A DNA stretch of 32,502 nucleotides from a virus (taxonomy: Duplodnaviria > Heunggongvirae > Uroviricota > Caudoviricetes): the IMG/VR virus record IMGVR_UViG_2778261222_000005; one strand, given 5' to 3'. The stretch's first letter is position 1. Each line of letters opens with the position of its first letter. The notes under the pieces were generated by a model that was not told the DNA's origin, did not search any database, and saw only the letters and a program-made list of their open reading frames with translations. The position numbers and the translations under genes were made by a program. Below are positions 1 through 8,247 of the stretch, in pieces.

Positions 1-237
1 ATGATGGTTAGAAATGAAGTAATGAACAAAGACTGGCACCGCGAGTACATCGTTGCCGCTGTGCACACCAAAGGTTTTACATTGCGTGAACTTTCTGAAC
101 GCGCTGGTCTAAAAAAAGACTCTTTAAAAAATGCACTGTATCGCTCATGCCCTAAATATGAACGCATCATAGCCGATGCTATTGGTGTGGAACCTGCGGA
201 GATCTGGCCAAGCCGGTATGCCAGTAAGGCGGCGTAA
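1..237 (+). CDS. ner: Ner-like DNA-binding regulator
   Basis: 78-aa ORF; C-terminal ...AIGVEPAEIWPSRYA resembles the conserved Ner/Nlp family tail (recalled, not searched). Its stop overlaps the start of a MuA-like transposase (TAATG), the canonical Mu ner-A arrangement. ORF begins at window position 1, so the true start may be upstream. Confidence 0.8.
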   Translation: MMVRNEVMNKDWHREYIVAAVHTKGFTLRELSERAGLKKDSLKNALYRSCPKYERIIADAIGVEPAEIWPSRYASKAA

Positions 238-2279
238 TGTTTTATTCAGCCAATGAGCTGGCCGGTCTTCCTGGTTTGCCCGGTACAGTTCAGGGGGTGC
301 GCTGGACGCTCAATCGGATCACAGAGACGCACCCGGAATGGAAGCGCAAGCGCGAAGGCACCAAAGCATTCGAGTATCACATCGACTGCCTGCCCGCTGA
401 AGCGCAGAAAGTTTTACGTAAGCGCCTGACCCATCAGGTCCTGGAAGATACGCAACTGCCCGCCGTGGTTGAGCAGAAGGCAGTTAAAAACGTCGCCGTT
501 CGCGATGAACTGGAGGTGATGGTCAAATGCCCGGAGCTGGCATTACGCGAAGTCCAGTCACTGACCGACAAGCAAAAGGCCATCGCTGATGCGCGGATAT
601 TGCTGGCTACTGAAGTGCATAAGCTGCGCGAGTATGCCGGAATGACCAGGAAGTCCGCTTTAAAGCACATCGTTGATGGTGTGCGCATGGGGGCGTTACC
701 TGACCGCATTATCGAAGCAGCTAATACTGCAAATGCACGTCAGGGAAAGCGAACCGGTGTCAGCACCGGCAGCCTGGATAGCTGGTACTCCAGCTGGGTG
801 ATGGCGCGCGGTGATGCCAATCAGTTACTGGCGTTACTGGCTCCCGGTCATCATAAGGGAACACCGTGGGAGCAGGTCTGGTGGTTGAGCGATTTCTTTA
901 TGTTCTATCGCTCATGGAAGCGCCCGACTGTTGAATATGCGTATCGTGAGTTTTCAGCCTGGTGGCATGAAAAACACGCGAATGATGCGGGAATGCTGGC
1001 GGCACTGCCTTCAGTTCACGCAGTAAGACGGGTGTTAAGCAGCGTCCCGGTGATTGTTAAAGAGCGTTTCCGCTCCACCGGTTCAGCCTGGCGTTCGCTC
1101 AATCCCTTTGTGCGGCGCGACTGGACATCATTACCGGTTAATGCGGTATGGGTCGGGGATGGTCACTGTATGAAAATGACCGCGTTTAACCCCCTGACCG
1201 GCAATATTTTCCGGCCAGAAGTGACGCTGGTTATGGATGCGGGGCAACGCTTTATTGTGGGCTGGTCACTGTCCCTGTCGGAGAACGTGATAGCCGTTGC
1301 TGATGCGTTACGTTACGGCATGGCGCAGCACGGGATACCGCTGATTTATTACTCCGATAACGGGGGCGGTGAAAAAAACCGGGTGCTTGATGCCGATATT
1401 ACCGGGATTCTGCCCCGGCTGGGTGTGGAACATCACACGGGGATACCAGGTAACCCGCAGGGGCGCGGGGTGATTGAACGGGCAAACAAAGGAATACCCA
1501 AAGACGTGGCTCTGAGTTTCCAGACGTACTGCGCAAGGGATGCAGACAAGGAAACCGTAATGATGCAGCAACGGATTATGCAGTCAGCCATTAAGGCCAC
1601 CCACAAAGGGAAAGAGCTGACAAAACGGCAGGTTAAGGCGAGGGATGAAATCCCTACCTTTGAGCAACTGATGGCAGCCATAGAGCTGGAGGTCAGACGC
1701 TATAACAACCGGCCACACAGCAGCCTACCCCGCAAAGAGGATGGCGAATATTACAGCCCGGCAGCGTATCGCCGGAAACTGATAAAAGAGCAGAATGTTG
1801 AAATTGATTTCCTGTCGCCGGAAGAACTGCATGAAATGTTCAGACCGGAAGTGACGCGCAAAACATTTCGCGGGGAAATTCAGTTATTCAACAATATTTA
1901 TTACTCATATGATCTGGCCGCAGAGCACGGGAATGAAGTCAGGGTCAGTTACGATATTCATGATGCAAACAGCGTCATTGTCCGGCGGGCTGATGGCTCT
2001 TATATCTGCGATGCCATCTGGAACGGTAACAAGGTTGATGCCTTCGCTAAACCAGTTATCGAACAAAAACTGGAGAAACGCGTCAGGGGCCGCATTGCAC
2101 GGGCCACGCAGAAAATCGAAGAGGCTAAACGCGAGCTTACCCCGGCCATTACGCAGAAGCCTGACTTTAATCTGGGATATGGACTGGAACGCCCGGAGAA
2201 AAAGGAAAAAGAAGAACTTTATTTATTCGCATCTGAACGCGAACGCAATTTAAAGAAAAACGGCACAAACAACCGTTAA
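237..2279 (+). CDS. Mu A-like DDE transposase
   Basis: 680-aa ORF, size and layout like MuA; N-terminal end-binding-like region followed by a catalytic core (WVGDGHCMKMTAF..., ...YYSDNGGGE...). Followed directly by a MuB-like ATPase gene. Confidence 0.9.
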   Translation: MFYSANELAGLPGLPGTVQGVRWTLNRITETHPEWKRKREGTKAFEYHIDCLPAEAQKVLRKRLTHQVLEDTQLPAVVEQKAVKNVAVRDELEVMVKCPELALREVQSLTDKQKAIADARILLATEVHKLREYAGMTRKSALKHIVDGVRMGALPDRIIEAANTANARQGKRTGVSTGSLDSWYSSWVMARGDANQLLALLAPGHHKGTPWEQVWWLSDFFMFYRSWKRPTVEYAYREFSAWWHEKHANDAGMLAALPSVHAVRRVLSSVPVIVKERFRSTGSAWRSLNPFVRRDWTSLPVNAVWVGDGHCMKMTAFNPLTGNIFRPEVTLVMDAGQRFIVGWSLSLSENVIAVADALRYGMAQHGIPLIYYSDNGGGEKNRVLDADITGILPRLGVEHHTGIPGNPQGRGVIERANKGIPKDVALSFQTYCARDADKETVMMQQRIMQSAIKATHKGKELTKRQVKARDEIPTFEQLMAAIELEVRRYNNRPHSSLPRKEDGEYYSPAAYRRKLIKEQNVEIDFLSPEELHEMFRPEVTRKTFRGEIQLFNNIYYSYDLAAEHGNEVRVSYDIHDANSVIVRRADGSYICDAIWNGNKVDAFAKPVIEQKLEKRVRGRIARATQKIEEAKRELTPAITQKPDFNLGYGLERPEKKEKEELYLFASERERNLKKNGTNNR

Positions 2280-2297
2280 TTTAAAAGGTATTTAATT

Positions 2298-3191
2298 ATG
2301 AGTTTAATTACGCAATTAAATGACGTAATGGCCCGTCGCGGCTATACGCAAACCCACGTCGCCCGTGCTATTGGTCGTAGCAGCGCCGTTATCAACCAGT
2401 ATTTACAGGGTAAATATCAGGGCGATATGGCTGATATTGAAGAACGCATTTCTGCCTTTGTGACCCGTGAGCGGGAAAAGGAAAACAGCCGCCGTATTAA
2501 AGCGAAATTTGTTGCCACCGGTATGGCTGCCAAAGGACTGGAGGTGTTGGCCTATGCTCACCTGGAATGTGAAATCTGCGTACTGTATGGCGCGGCAGGT
2601 CTTGGCAAAACAATGATTCTGCGTGAATACGCCGCCAGAAACCGGGATGCGGTCCTGATTGAAGCCGACCCGGGCTATACAGCCAGAACACTGCTTGAGG
2701 AGCTGTGCCGCCAGCTGGGGGTAAAAGTTCGCGGCAATATCCACGAACTGATTGATGCATGTGTGCGAGAACTGCGTGATTCCGGTCGCCTGCTGATGGT
2801 GGACGAGGCTGAACTGCTCCCCTATCGCGCACTGGAGGTTCTGCGCCGTCTGCATGACAAAGCGGGTATCGGGATTGTCCTGGCGGGTATGCCACGCCTT
2901 CTGATTAACCTCAAGGGACGTCGCGGTGAGTTCGCCCAGTTATACAGCCGTGTGGCGCTGGCGCTTAACCTGGGTGATACGCTGGCGCAGGAAGATTTTA
3001 ACCAGATAGCCACCGGGCTGATGCCGGAAGCAGCAGAGCCGGAAATCAGCGAGGCGCTTTATACACGTTCGCTGGGTAATGCCCGCCGCCTGTTCAAACT
3101 GGCGCGTGGTGTGTACCGGATTTGTGATATCAGCGATGCGCCGGTCAGTGTGCAGGCCATTGATAAATTCGCAGAAATGTTAATTCACTGA
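2298..3191 (+). CDS. Mu B-like AAA+ ATPase (transposition target-DNA activator)
   Basis: 297 aa; N-terminal HTH-like segment, Walker A GAAGLGKT, Walker B-like LLMVDEAE; located immediately after the transposase; AAAAGG RBS 9 nt upstream. Confidence 0.85.
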   Translation: MSLITQLNDVMARRGYTQTHVARAIGRSSAVINQYLQGKYQGDMADIEERISAFVTREREKENSRRIKAKFVATGMAAKGLEVLAYAHLECEICVLYGAAGLGKTMILREYAARNRDAVLIEADPGYTARTLLEELCRQLGVKVRGNIHELIDACVRELRDSGRLLMVDEAELLPYRALEVLRRLHDKAGIGIVLAGMPRLLINLKGRRGEFAQLYSRVALALNLGDTLAQEDFNQIATGLMPEAAEPEISEALYTRSLGNARRLFKLARGVYRICDISDAPVSVQAIDKFAEMLIH

Positions 3192-3205
3192 TGGAGAATA
3201 AGACG

Positions 3206-3430
3206 ATGGACAAGCAGACCATTAACGCCGTCCGTTCCCGTGCCCGTGTGGCCATTCACACCACCGGCGGTCGTGTAACGGGACAGCATCACCGTTTACC
3301 TGTGGTTTATGCCTGCCCGCCCGTGGGTGGTCCTGTATGGCCGGTAACGGAAATCGTCCAGACATTCAGCGGCCTGCGCCGCGTGGTGAAAACGTCCTGT
3401 ATCGACGGCTGCACCGTCGTATGGCAATAA
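3206..3430 (+). CDS. hypothetical small protein (early accessory region)
   Basis: ORF track gives 3191..3430; ATG at 3206 is preferred because GGAGAA lies 8 nt upstream. No recognisable family. Confidence 0.45.
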   Translation: MDKQTINAVRSRARVAIHTTGGRVTGQHHRLPVVYACPPVGGPVWPVTEIVQTFSGLRRVVKTSCIDGCTVVWQ

Positions 3431-3442
3431 GAGGAAATCAGA

Positions 3443-3658
3443 ATGGCGGTCAAGTTAGAAGTAATTATCTACACCGATGAAAACGGCACGCTTCGTGTCA
3501 GGAGTATGGGGGCTATTGATAAAAAAGGATTTACGGATGAAGAGGTCGGTGTAAGACAACGGTTATGGGAGGTAATGAATCAAACTCTTAATAAAGAATT
3601 TAACGGCGTTGATTTATTTTCTGTTGGCGTGGAACCCTGCGCGCATAACACACATTAA
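3443..3658 (+). CDS. hypothetical small protein
   Basis: 71-aa ORF with AGAGGAAA RBS just upstream; same strand and spacing as neighbours. Confidence 0.55.
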   Translation: MAVKLEVIIYTDENGTLRVRSMGAIDKKGFTDEEVGVRQRLWEVMNQTLNKEFNGVDLFSVGVEPCAHNTH

Positions 3659-3687
3659 TCTGTAAATATCACTGAGGTAATTTAATT

Positions 3688-4332
3688 ATGACGACTGAAA
3701 ATAAAGTTAAGCAATACACGAAAACTCAAGCGCCTGAAGGTTACTGGGTGGATGCCCGTGGCGTAATGACACCTGAAAGCCTTATCAAAGATATTGACCG
3801 CGACCGCGAGCAGCTGGTCGGTGAGCTTGTGGAGATGGTGATTGCTGCCTCCGCCTCACTGCGGGAACTGAAACTGCGTGCGTTTGGTGATATCCAGGCA
3901 TTTATTGACTTGTCGGCGGAGAAATACGGCGCTGTGAAAGGCGGCAAAAAAGGGAATATCACGCTTTACAGCTTTGACGGGCGTTACAAGATTCAGCGCG
4001 CCATGCAGGACCGTATCGCGTTTGATGAACGCATTCAGACCGCGAAGTCGCTGATTGATGATTGCCTGGCTGACTGGACGGAAGGTGCACGTCCTGAAAT
4101 CAAAGCCATCATCAGCGAGGCATTCAGCACGGACAAGGAAGGCAACATTAACACCGGGCGCGTTCTGGCCTTGCGTCGCCTTGAAATTGAGGACGAACGC
4201 TGGAATAACGCCATGACGCTGATTGGTGAAGCCGTCCAGGTGATTGGCAGCAAGAGCTATATTCGTGTGTATGAGCGCGTCGGCGATTCTGACGAATATC
4301 GCGCAATCCCGCTTGATATTGCAGGGGTTTAA
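3688..4332 (+). CDS. hypothetical protein, possibly DUF3164-like (typical Mu-like early gene)
   Basis: 214-aa ORF with GAGGT RBS. Family label rests on recalled size and position downstream of B in Mu-like prophages, not on a search. Confidence 0.65.
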   Translation: MTTENKVKQYTKTQAPEGYWVDARGVMTPESLIKDIDRDREQLVGELVEMVIAASASLRELKLRAFGDIQAFIDLSAEKYGAVKGGKKGNITLYSFDGRYKIQRAMQDRIAFDERIQTAKSLIDDCLADWTEGARPEIKAIISEAFSTDKEGNINTGRVLALRRLEIEDERWNNAMTLIGEAVQVIGSKSYIRVYERVGDSDEYRAIPLDIAGV

Positions 4333-4333
4333 C

Positions 4334-4567
4334 ATGCATCAGGATATCAAAGAGTACAGAGCCGGGAACCGTTGCGCGGCGTATTCACTGGGAGCGTCAA
4401 GAGCTGAACAGCGCGGTGATTATGCCGAGGCTGAAAAGCTGTGGCGTAAGGCAGCACAAAGCCCGTGTAGCACCCTGCGCCGCATCTGGGCTGAACATCG
4501 TGCGGAGTTCTGCGCTAACGCTCACCTGAAGGGATGGAGGCCACGCCATGAATGCGAAAAACTTTAA
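4334..4567 (+). CDS. small protein, possibly ANR-family-like regulator
   Basis: ATG at 4334, 2 nt after the upstream stop; the track's longer 4244 start would overlap the previous gene by ~90 nt. Small helical protein (...AEQRGDYAEAEKLWRKAAQS...) of the kind annotated ANR family in Mu-like prophages (recollection). Confidence 0.45.
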   Translation: MHQDIKEYRAGNRCAAYSLGASRAEQRGDYAEAEKLWRKAAQSPCSTLRRIWAEHRAEFCANAHLKGWRPRHECEKL

Positions 4568-4739
4568 TAAGTTATATCCGCCTGGTACTCGTTTCATGCA
4601 CATTGCACATCAGGCAGTGCGTGGTGGGCGGGTGGTAAAAACTGTTGCACCGGCCAGAGATTTTAAATGTGGTTGTGTGGTTGAAATTAATGTCGAGCCT
4701 TATTTCGTAAAAGTCGAAACACTGAAAGCACCGCATTAA
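4548..4739 (+). CDS. hypothetical small protein
   Basis: 63-aa ORF; GGAGG 7-11 nt upstream of the ATG; overlaps the previous ORF end. Confidence 0.5.
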   Translation: MNAKNFNKLYPPGTRFMHIAHQAVRGGRVVKTVAPARDFKCGCVVEINVEPYFVKVETLKAPH

Positions 4740-4770
4740 TTTAATTTGTTTTTAATTGTTATTTAAAACA

Positions 4771-4800
4771 GGCGTAAACCCGCCGGGGCTGGCTTACGCC
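4771..4800 (-). terminator. hairpin terminator serving the convergent minus-strand gene
   Basis: GGCGTAA...TTACGCC inverted repeat with a GC-rich interior. A T-run follows the hairpin only when read on the minus strand (plus-strand A/T-rich 4741-4770); on the plus strand it is followed by TGAATCTGAGG with no U-run. Confidence 0.45.
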
Positions 4801-4879
4801 TGAATCTGAGGAAGTTTATTTATGAATATCGCTAAGCAGAAAAAATTCGCCCGCGAAATTAATCTGACAATCGTTTGTT

Positions 4880-5098
4880 TTAATCGTCTTGCGACCAGTT
4901 CTCAATCGACAGCAGATGTTCATCCAGCGCCGCAGCCAGAACGAACTCCCCACGTTCCTGAAGGCCGTGCTGGAAGTTGCGTAATTCAGAATCCAGGGCG
5001 CTGAGGTTCAGACAGCCATTTTCTGAAAGCTGTTTAACCAGAAAACTCCACGCAGCTTTGTTAGCAGTAATTGCTGCCGCAATTTCATCATCAATCAT
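4880..5098 (-). CDS. hypothetical small acidic protein encoded antisense to the early operon
   Basis: 72-aa ORF; AGGAG 7 nt upstream of its ATG on the minus strand; ends ~80 nt before the hairpin at 4771-4800. Competes with a 60-aa plus-strand ORF (4822..5004) whose C-terminus is Pro/Arg-rich and looks like out-of-frame sequence. Confidence 0.5.
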   Translation of the reverse strand: MIDDEIAAAITANKAAWSFLVKQLSENGCLNLSALDSELRNFQHGLQERGEFVLAAALDEHLLSIENWSQDD

Positions 5099-5186
5099 TT
5101 TTTAACTCCTGATTGGGTATGTTGGGGCAGCGATTATGACAAGCGTTTTGTGGTTATAAGTTGATCAAAAACAATGAGTTACAACC

Positions 5187-5897
5187 ATGAAAGATAAATA
5201 CATTGCCAAAATCAAAAAACTGTTACGCCTTGCCAGAGGAACATCAAGCCCGGAAGAAGCCGCTAACGCTATTGCAAAAGCCCAGGCTTATATGCGCCAG
5301 CATGGTATCAGCGAAAACGACGCGGAATTGTTCGACATTCAGGAAGCTGCCAGCGCGGGTGCGCCGAGTGACGCCAGTACGCCGCCGCTTTATATGCACA
5401 TCCTGTGTGACCTGGTCTGTAAAGCCTTCGGCGTCGAGTGTTACATCTCCGGTGAGTACCGGGCTTCTGGTTCACTCAAACGTCACGTGCGTTTTTATGG
5501 CTCTGACAGCCGCCCGGAAATCGCGGCTTACGCGTTTGATGTGCTTTCCCGTCAGATGATGGCTGAACGCAAGAAATATCAGGATAAACACTGCAAACGT
5601 TGCGGCCCGTCCACGCGGGTGGCCCGTGGCGACCAGTTCTGCGAAGGCTGGGTCTTTGGTGCCCGTGATGTCATTGCGGTGTATGACGTCTCCCCGGAAG
5701 AAAAAAGCCGCCTTGAGCTTTACAGAAAGAACCTGCACAGCACTAAGGGGCTGCGCGACGGGGATATGCGCACAGCTAAAGCGTGCCGGGGTGCAGAGTT
5801 TGCCGCTACAGCCGGTTTTATCGCCGGGAAAAACGCCAGACTGCATCAGGGGGTTAATGGTCAGAGCAACAGACCGCTGGCACTGGGGAGGGTGTAA
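5187..5897 (+). CDS. DUF2786-like protein
   Basis: 236 aa; N-terminus IAKIKKLLRLARGTSSPEEAANAIAKAQAYMRQHGI matches the recalled DUF2786 helical signature; C-terminal half has a Cys cluster (HCKRCG...QFCEGW). Confidence 0.7.
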   Translation: MKDKYIAKIKKLLRLARGTSSPEEAANAIAKAQAYMRQHGISENDAELFDIQEAASAGAPSDASTPPLYMHILCDLVCKAFGVECYISGEYRASGSLKRHVRFYGSDSRPEIAAYAFDVLSRQMMAERKKYQDKHCKRCGPSTRVARGDQFCEGWVFGARDVIAVYDVSPEEKSRLELYRKNLHSTKGLRDGDMRTAKACRGAEFAATAGFIAGKNARLHQGVNGQSNRPLALGRV

Positions 5898-5899
5898 CG

Positions 5900-6127
5900 A
5901 TGGCTTTTAAACTTCTCAGTGTTACCGAAGCAATATACCAGCCGCCCGGAGAACGCCACGAATACAGGATGAATGACGGTAGCGCGGTGGTTGAGTTCCC
6001 CGGATATCCGGGGGCTTCCCGGTGGCGGTTCTATGACAGTGTGGGACGTCGGATTATTAAAAGAACCGTGCACAACAATATGAAGGCTGCCGTAGAACGT
6101 CATAAGAGAAGGTTTAACTGCAAATGA
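5900..6127 (+). CDS. hypothetical small protein
   Basis: 75-aa ORF starting 3 nt after the previous stop; no family recognised. Confidence 0.45.
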   Translation: MAFKLLSVTEAIYQPPGERHEYRMNDGSAVVEFPGYPGASRWRFYDSVGRRIIKRTVHNNMKAAVERHKRRFNCK

Positions 6128-6354
6128 AAATTGAATTTTATGACCATGGGGTCACCGCAACTATCACTATTTCTTGTTGGTTCTGGGAGTTCCACCGTTA
6201 CTTCAGAGTTGTAGATGCTGCGCTGTTTGTTGCACCGGGAGCGTTACATCACAGTGGAATCGGTATTGTTATGAACACTGTCATCAGCGGTAAAACGGTC
6301 CCGATGTTGCGGGCGTTTAAAGTGGCAAAACAGGAGGCTGGCAATGGTCATTGA
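6124..6354 (+). CDS. hypothetical small protein
   Basis: 76-aa ORF overlapping the upstream stop (ATGA); hydrophobic segments. Confidence 0.4.
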   Translation: MKIEFYDHGVTATITISCWFWEFHRYFRVVDAALFVAPGALHHSGIGIVMNTVISGKTVPMLRAFKVAKQEAGNGH

Positions 6355-6634
6355 TAAAACGATAACGATAGATGTAGCCATGAATGCAGGCATCGCTCTT
6401 CTCGGTTGGTGTTACATCATGCTCCGCGCCGGGATGTGGCTGTCCCTTGTATTTCTGAAAACATGGAATAAGCACCGTAAACAGACGCAGCAGCAGAAGG
6501 CGATGAATGCGTTCTTTGAGGCCTTCGATATCGACAGCATAGAGCCGGGAGAACCAACCCGCGTCATCCCCGTAGGTGATGTCGTGATTTTGGTATACCG
6601 GAGTGAAAAAAATAAACAGGAGGCGGCGCAGTGA
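6344..6634 (+). CDS. hypothetical membrane protein
   Basis: 96-aa ORF; predicted TM segment (GIALLGWCYIMLRAGMWLSLVFL) followed by a soluble tail. Confidence 0.5.
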   Translation: MVIDKTITIDVAMNAGIALLGWCYIMLRAGMWLSLVFLKTWNKHRKQTQQQKAMNAFFEAFDIDSIEPGEPTRVIPVGDVVILVYRSEKNKQEAAQ

Positions 6635-6795
6635 ACCAGCAAACCAGAATAAGCGATAAGAGCCTGACCAGACTGATTGCCGATGCGGACAAGGTGCTGG
6701 AGCGGAACACACCCGTTGCCGATGAGGAATGGTGGCAGGATTTCTGGGCTGCAATGCTGGAACTTCAGGAACGTCGTCGGGAGGAGTTGAAGTGA
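6631..6795 (+). CDS. hypothetical small protein (54 aa, not in the supplied ORF track)
   Basis: GTG start overlaps the upstream stop (GTGA); AGGAGG 7 nt upstream; reads MNQQTRISDKSLTRLIADADKVLERNTPVADEEWWQDFWAAMLELQERRREELK to a TGA that overlaps the next GTG start. Confidence 0.45.
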   Translation: MNQQTRISDKSLTRLIADADKVLERNTPVADEEWWQDFWAAMLELQERRREELK

Positions 6796-7061
6796 GTGAA
6801 TTAAAGTGTCGAATTAATGGCAATCAGATAGAACCGTGTGCGGTACTGGCAAAAGCACTCGAATATGGAAATCCAGCCTTTAAGAGTAAAGGCATATTTA
6901 TCCCGGAACGCGTGAATATAAACACCGGCGAGCCAGGCTTAGACATTGCTCAAATTCACTCCGGCCAATATGTCGGTCGTGGTGTTGCCATGTGTTTTTG
7001 CCCGTTCTGTGGTGAAAGTCTGAAAACATGGAAAAAGGAGGCAACCAGTGAGCGAGATTAA
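6792..7061 (+). CDS. hypothetical Cys-containing small protein
   Basis: GTG at 6792 with GGAGGAG 5 nt upstream, preferred over the track's 6729 start, which would overlap the previous gene. C-terminal CFCPFC motif plus two N-terminal Cys suggest a metal-binding ribbon (inference). Confidence 0.5.
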   Translation: MSELKCRINGNQIEPCAVLAKALEYGNPAFKSKGIFIPERVNINTGEPGLDIAQIHSGQYVGRGVAMCFCPFCGESLKTWKKEATSERD

Positions 7062-7716
7062 CTATCAGGCACTGCGTGAGGTGGCAGAGGCCGCGAAGGG
7101 GGATACGACGTGGCAGAACCTACAGGCTTTTCATGCTGCGGCTACGCCGGAGGTTGTGCAGGCGTTGCTGGATGAAAACGAAAGACTGTGTCGCGAGCTG
7201 ATAGCTCGTAATGGTGAGATTGAAGGGCTTCGGAAGTGGGCAGAAGAACTGGAGGCACGGGAGGTGGCTTTGCCAGTAGCGTCATGCATTGTTGAAGATG
7301 GATGCATGTGTGTTGATGGGTTCAGTGAGTATGTAGGTCACTCGCTACCTGATGGAATGCATGAGCTTTATGCTGCCCCGCCAGCGTCGGTAGTGCCGGA
7401 AGGACTAGTTAAAGCAGTGCGTTTCTATGAACAGGTAAAGTGTGAGAATCCGCCAGTCGAAACCGGAGCATGGAAAGACGCGGTTGACTGGGTGCTCAAC
7501 GAGGCTTGCCAGGCTGTAAATATTGACGGCCAAAGGAGGTGCGTAATGCGTGTAGCGTTTATCGGTTTATTACCATACCCGACTCGTTTTTGGGCTTCTG
7601 CGCTAATTGCAAAGCCGCATGCCCTGATGGCTGACAGCATCATCCCGGCACCAAAGCGCCATACCGGTATTGCTGCTGCACGACGCGAAGCAAAGAAACG
7701 CAGGAGAGCAAAATGA
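7048..7716 (+). CDS. hypothetical protein (possibly ead/Ea22-like)
   Basis: 222-aa ORF; N-terminal coiled-coil-like segment, Cys-rich middle (CIVEDGCMCVDG), basic C-terminus. Family label is a weak recollection. Confidence 0.6.
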   Translation: MSEINYQALREVAEAAKGDTTWQNLQAFHAAATPEVVQALLDENERLCRELIARNGEIEGLRKWAEELEAREVALPVASCIVEDGCMCVDGFSEYVGHSLPDGMHELYAAPPASVVPEGLVKAVRFYEQVKCENPPVETGAWKDAVDWVLNEACQAVNIDGQRRCVMRVAFIGLLPYPTRFWASALIAKPHALMADSIIPAPKRHTGIAAARREAKKRRRAK

Positions 7717-7901
7717 TGAAAAACCGTAAGGCAAGACTGCTGATAGCAAAGCCAGGGCAACTTATCCGTATCTCAAATCGACTTGTTGTTCGCTATAGAT
7801 ATCTTGGTTTTAGGGAGTGGTCCTCTATTCGTTTTTACGGTGTCTGGCGAAACAGAAGCGCGACACAAAACCGCTGGAAGAATCACACTAACGCAAAGTA
7901 A
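7713..7901 (+). CDS. hypothetical small basic protein
   Basis: 62-aa ORF overlapping the upstream stop (ATGA); Arg/Trp-rich, low-complexity, AT-rich codons; may not be translated. Confidence 0.3.
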   Translation: MMKNRKARLLIAKPGQLIRISNRLVVRYRYLGFREWSSIRFYGVWRNRSATQNRWKNHTNAK

Positions 7902-7968
7902 TTAAATAATAACCAATAGCAGACCAAAAAGTATTTTTTGGCCTGCCAAAAGTGATGTTTTGGTCATT

Positions 7969-8247
7969 ATGAAGATTGAACAAATCGGAATGGCAGCTTT
8001 CAGGCAACAGGCTGAAAGCGGTGGCGTGGATGAGTTCGTCGTGCAGCGGTTCGGTGGTGTGTATCACCTCTTCGCTGTGAATCGCCGCGCCGGGGTGTCC
8101 TATTTTCTACAGGAACGCCGTGGCGATTACAAGACGTGGTTGTCTCTTGACCGTGCCGCTGCGTTCTTGTCAGGGATTGGCGTTTCACGTTTTACCGTGC
8201 GTTTTGAGGATAACAAACATGCTGAAAAAGATGATCGGGGCCATTAA
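7969..8247 (+). CDS. hypothetical protein
   Basis: ORF track start 7960 is a TTG; first ATG is at 7969. No clear SD. Overlaps the gemA-like start by 29 nt. Confidence 0.4.
   Translation: MKIEQIGMAAFRQQAESGGVDEFVVQRFGGVYHLFAVNRRAGVSYFLQERRGDYKTWLSLDRAAAFLSGIGVSRFTVRFEDNKHAEKDDRGH

Noticed and set aside
1909-2253. 114-aa plus-strand ORF in an alternative frame inside the transposase gene
   Set aside because: Lies entirely within the MuA-like coding region in another frame, with basic low-complexity sequence; no evidence for an overlapping gene.
237-2279. Possibility that the transposase marks an insertion sequence or composite transposon
   Set aside because: The transposase is MuA-sized, is flanked by ner and a MuB-like ATPase, and is followed by a complete phage structural module; no terminal inverted repeats bracket it as a separate element.
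4822-5004. 60-aa plus-strand ORF overlapping the minus-strand gene 4880..5098
   Set aside because: Has a plausible RBS, but the C-terminal two-thirds is Pro/Arg/Gly-rich and looks like out-of-frame sequence. The minus-strand ORF is longer, more protein-like and has a matching terminator. Kept as an open alternative, not a feature.
7902-7968. Two adjacent AT-rich hairpins (CCAAAAAGTATTTTTTGG and CCAAAAGTGATGTTTTGG) that could be a small RNA or terminator
   Set aside because: Short AU-rich stems of low stability with no following U-tract distinct from the stem; more likely intergenic spacer or weak structure. Noted but not called.
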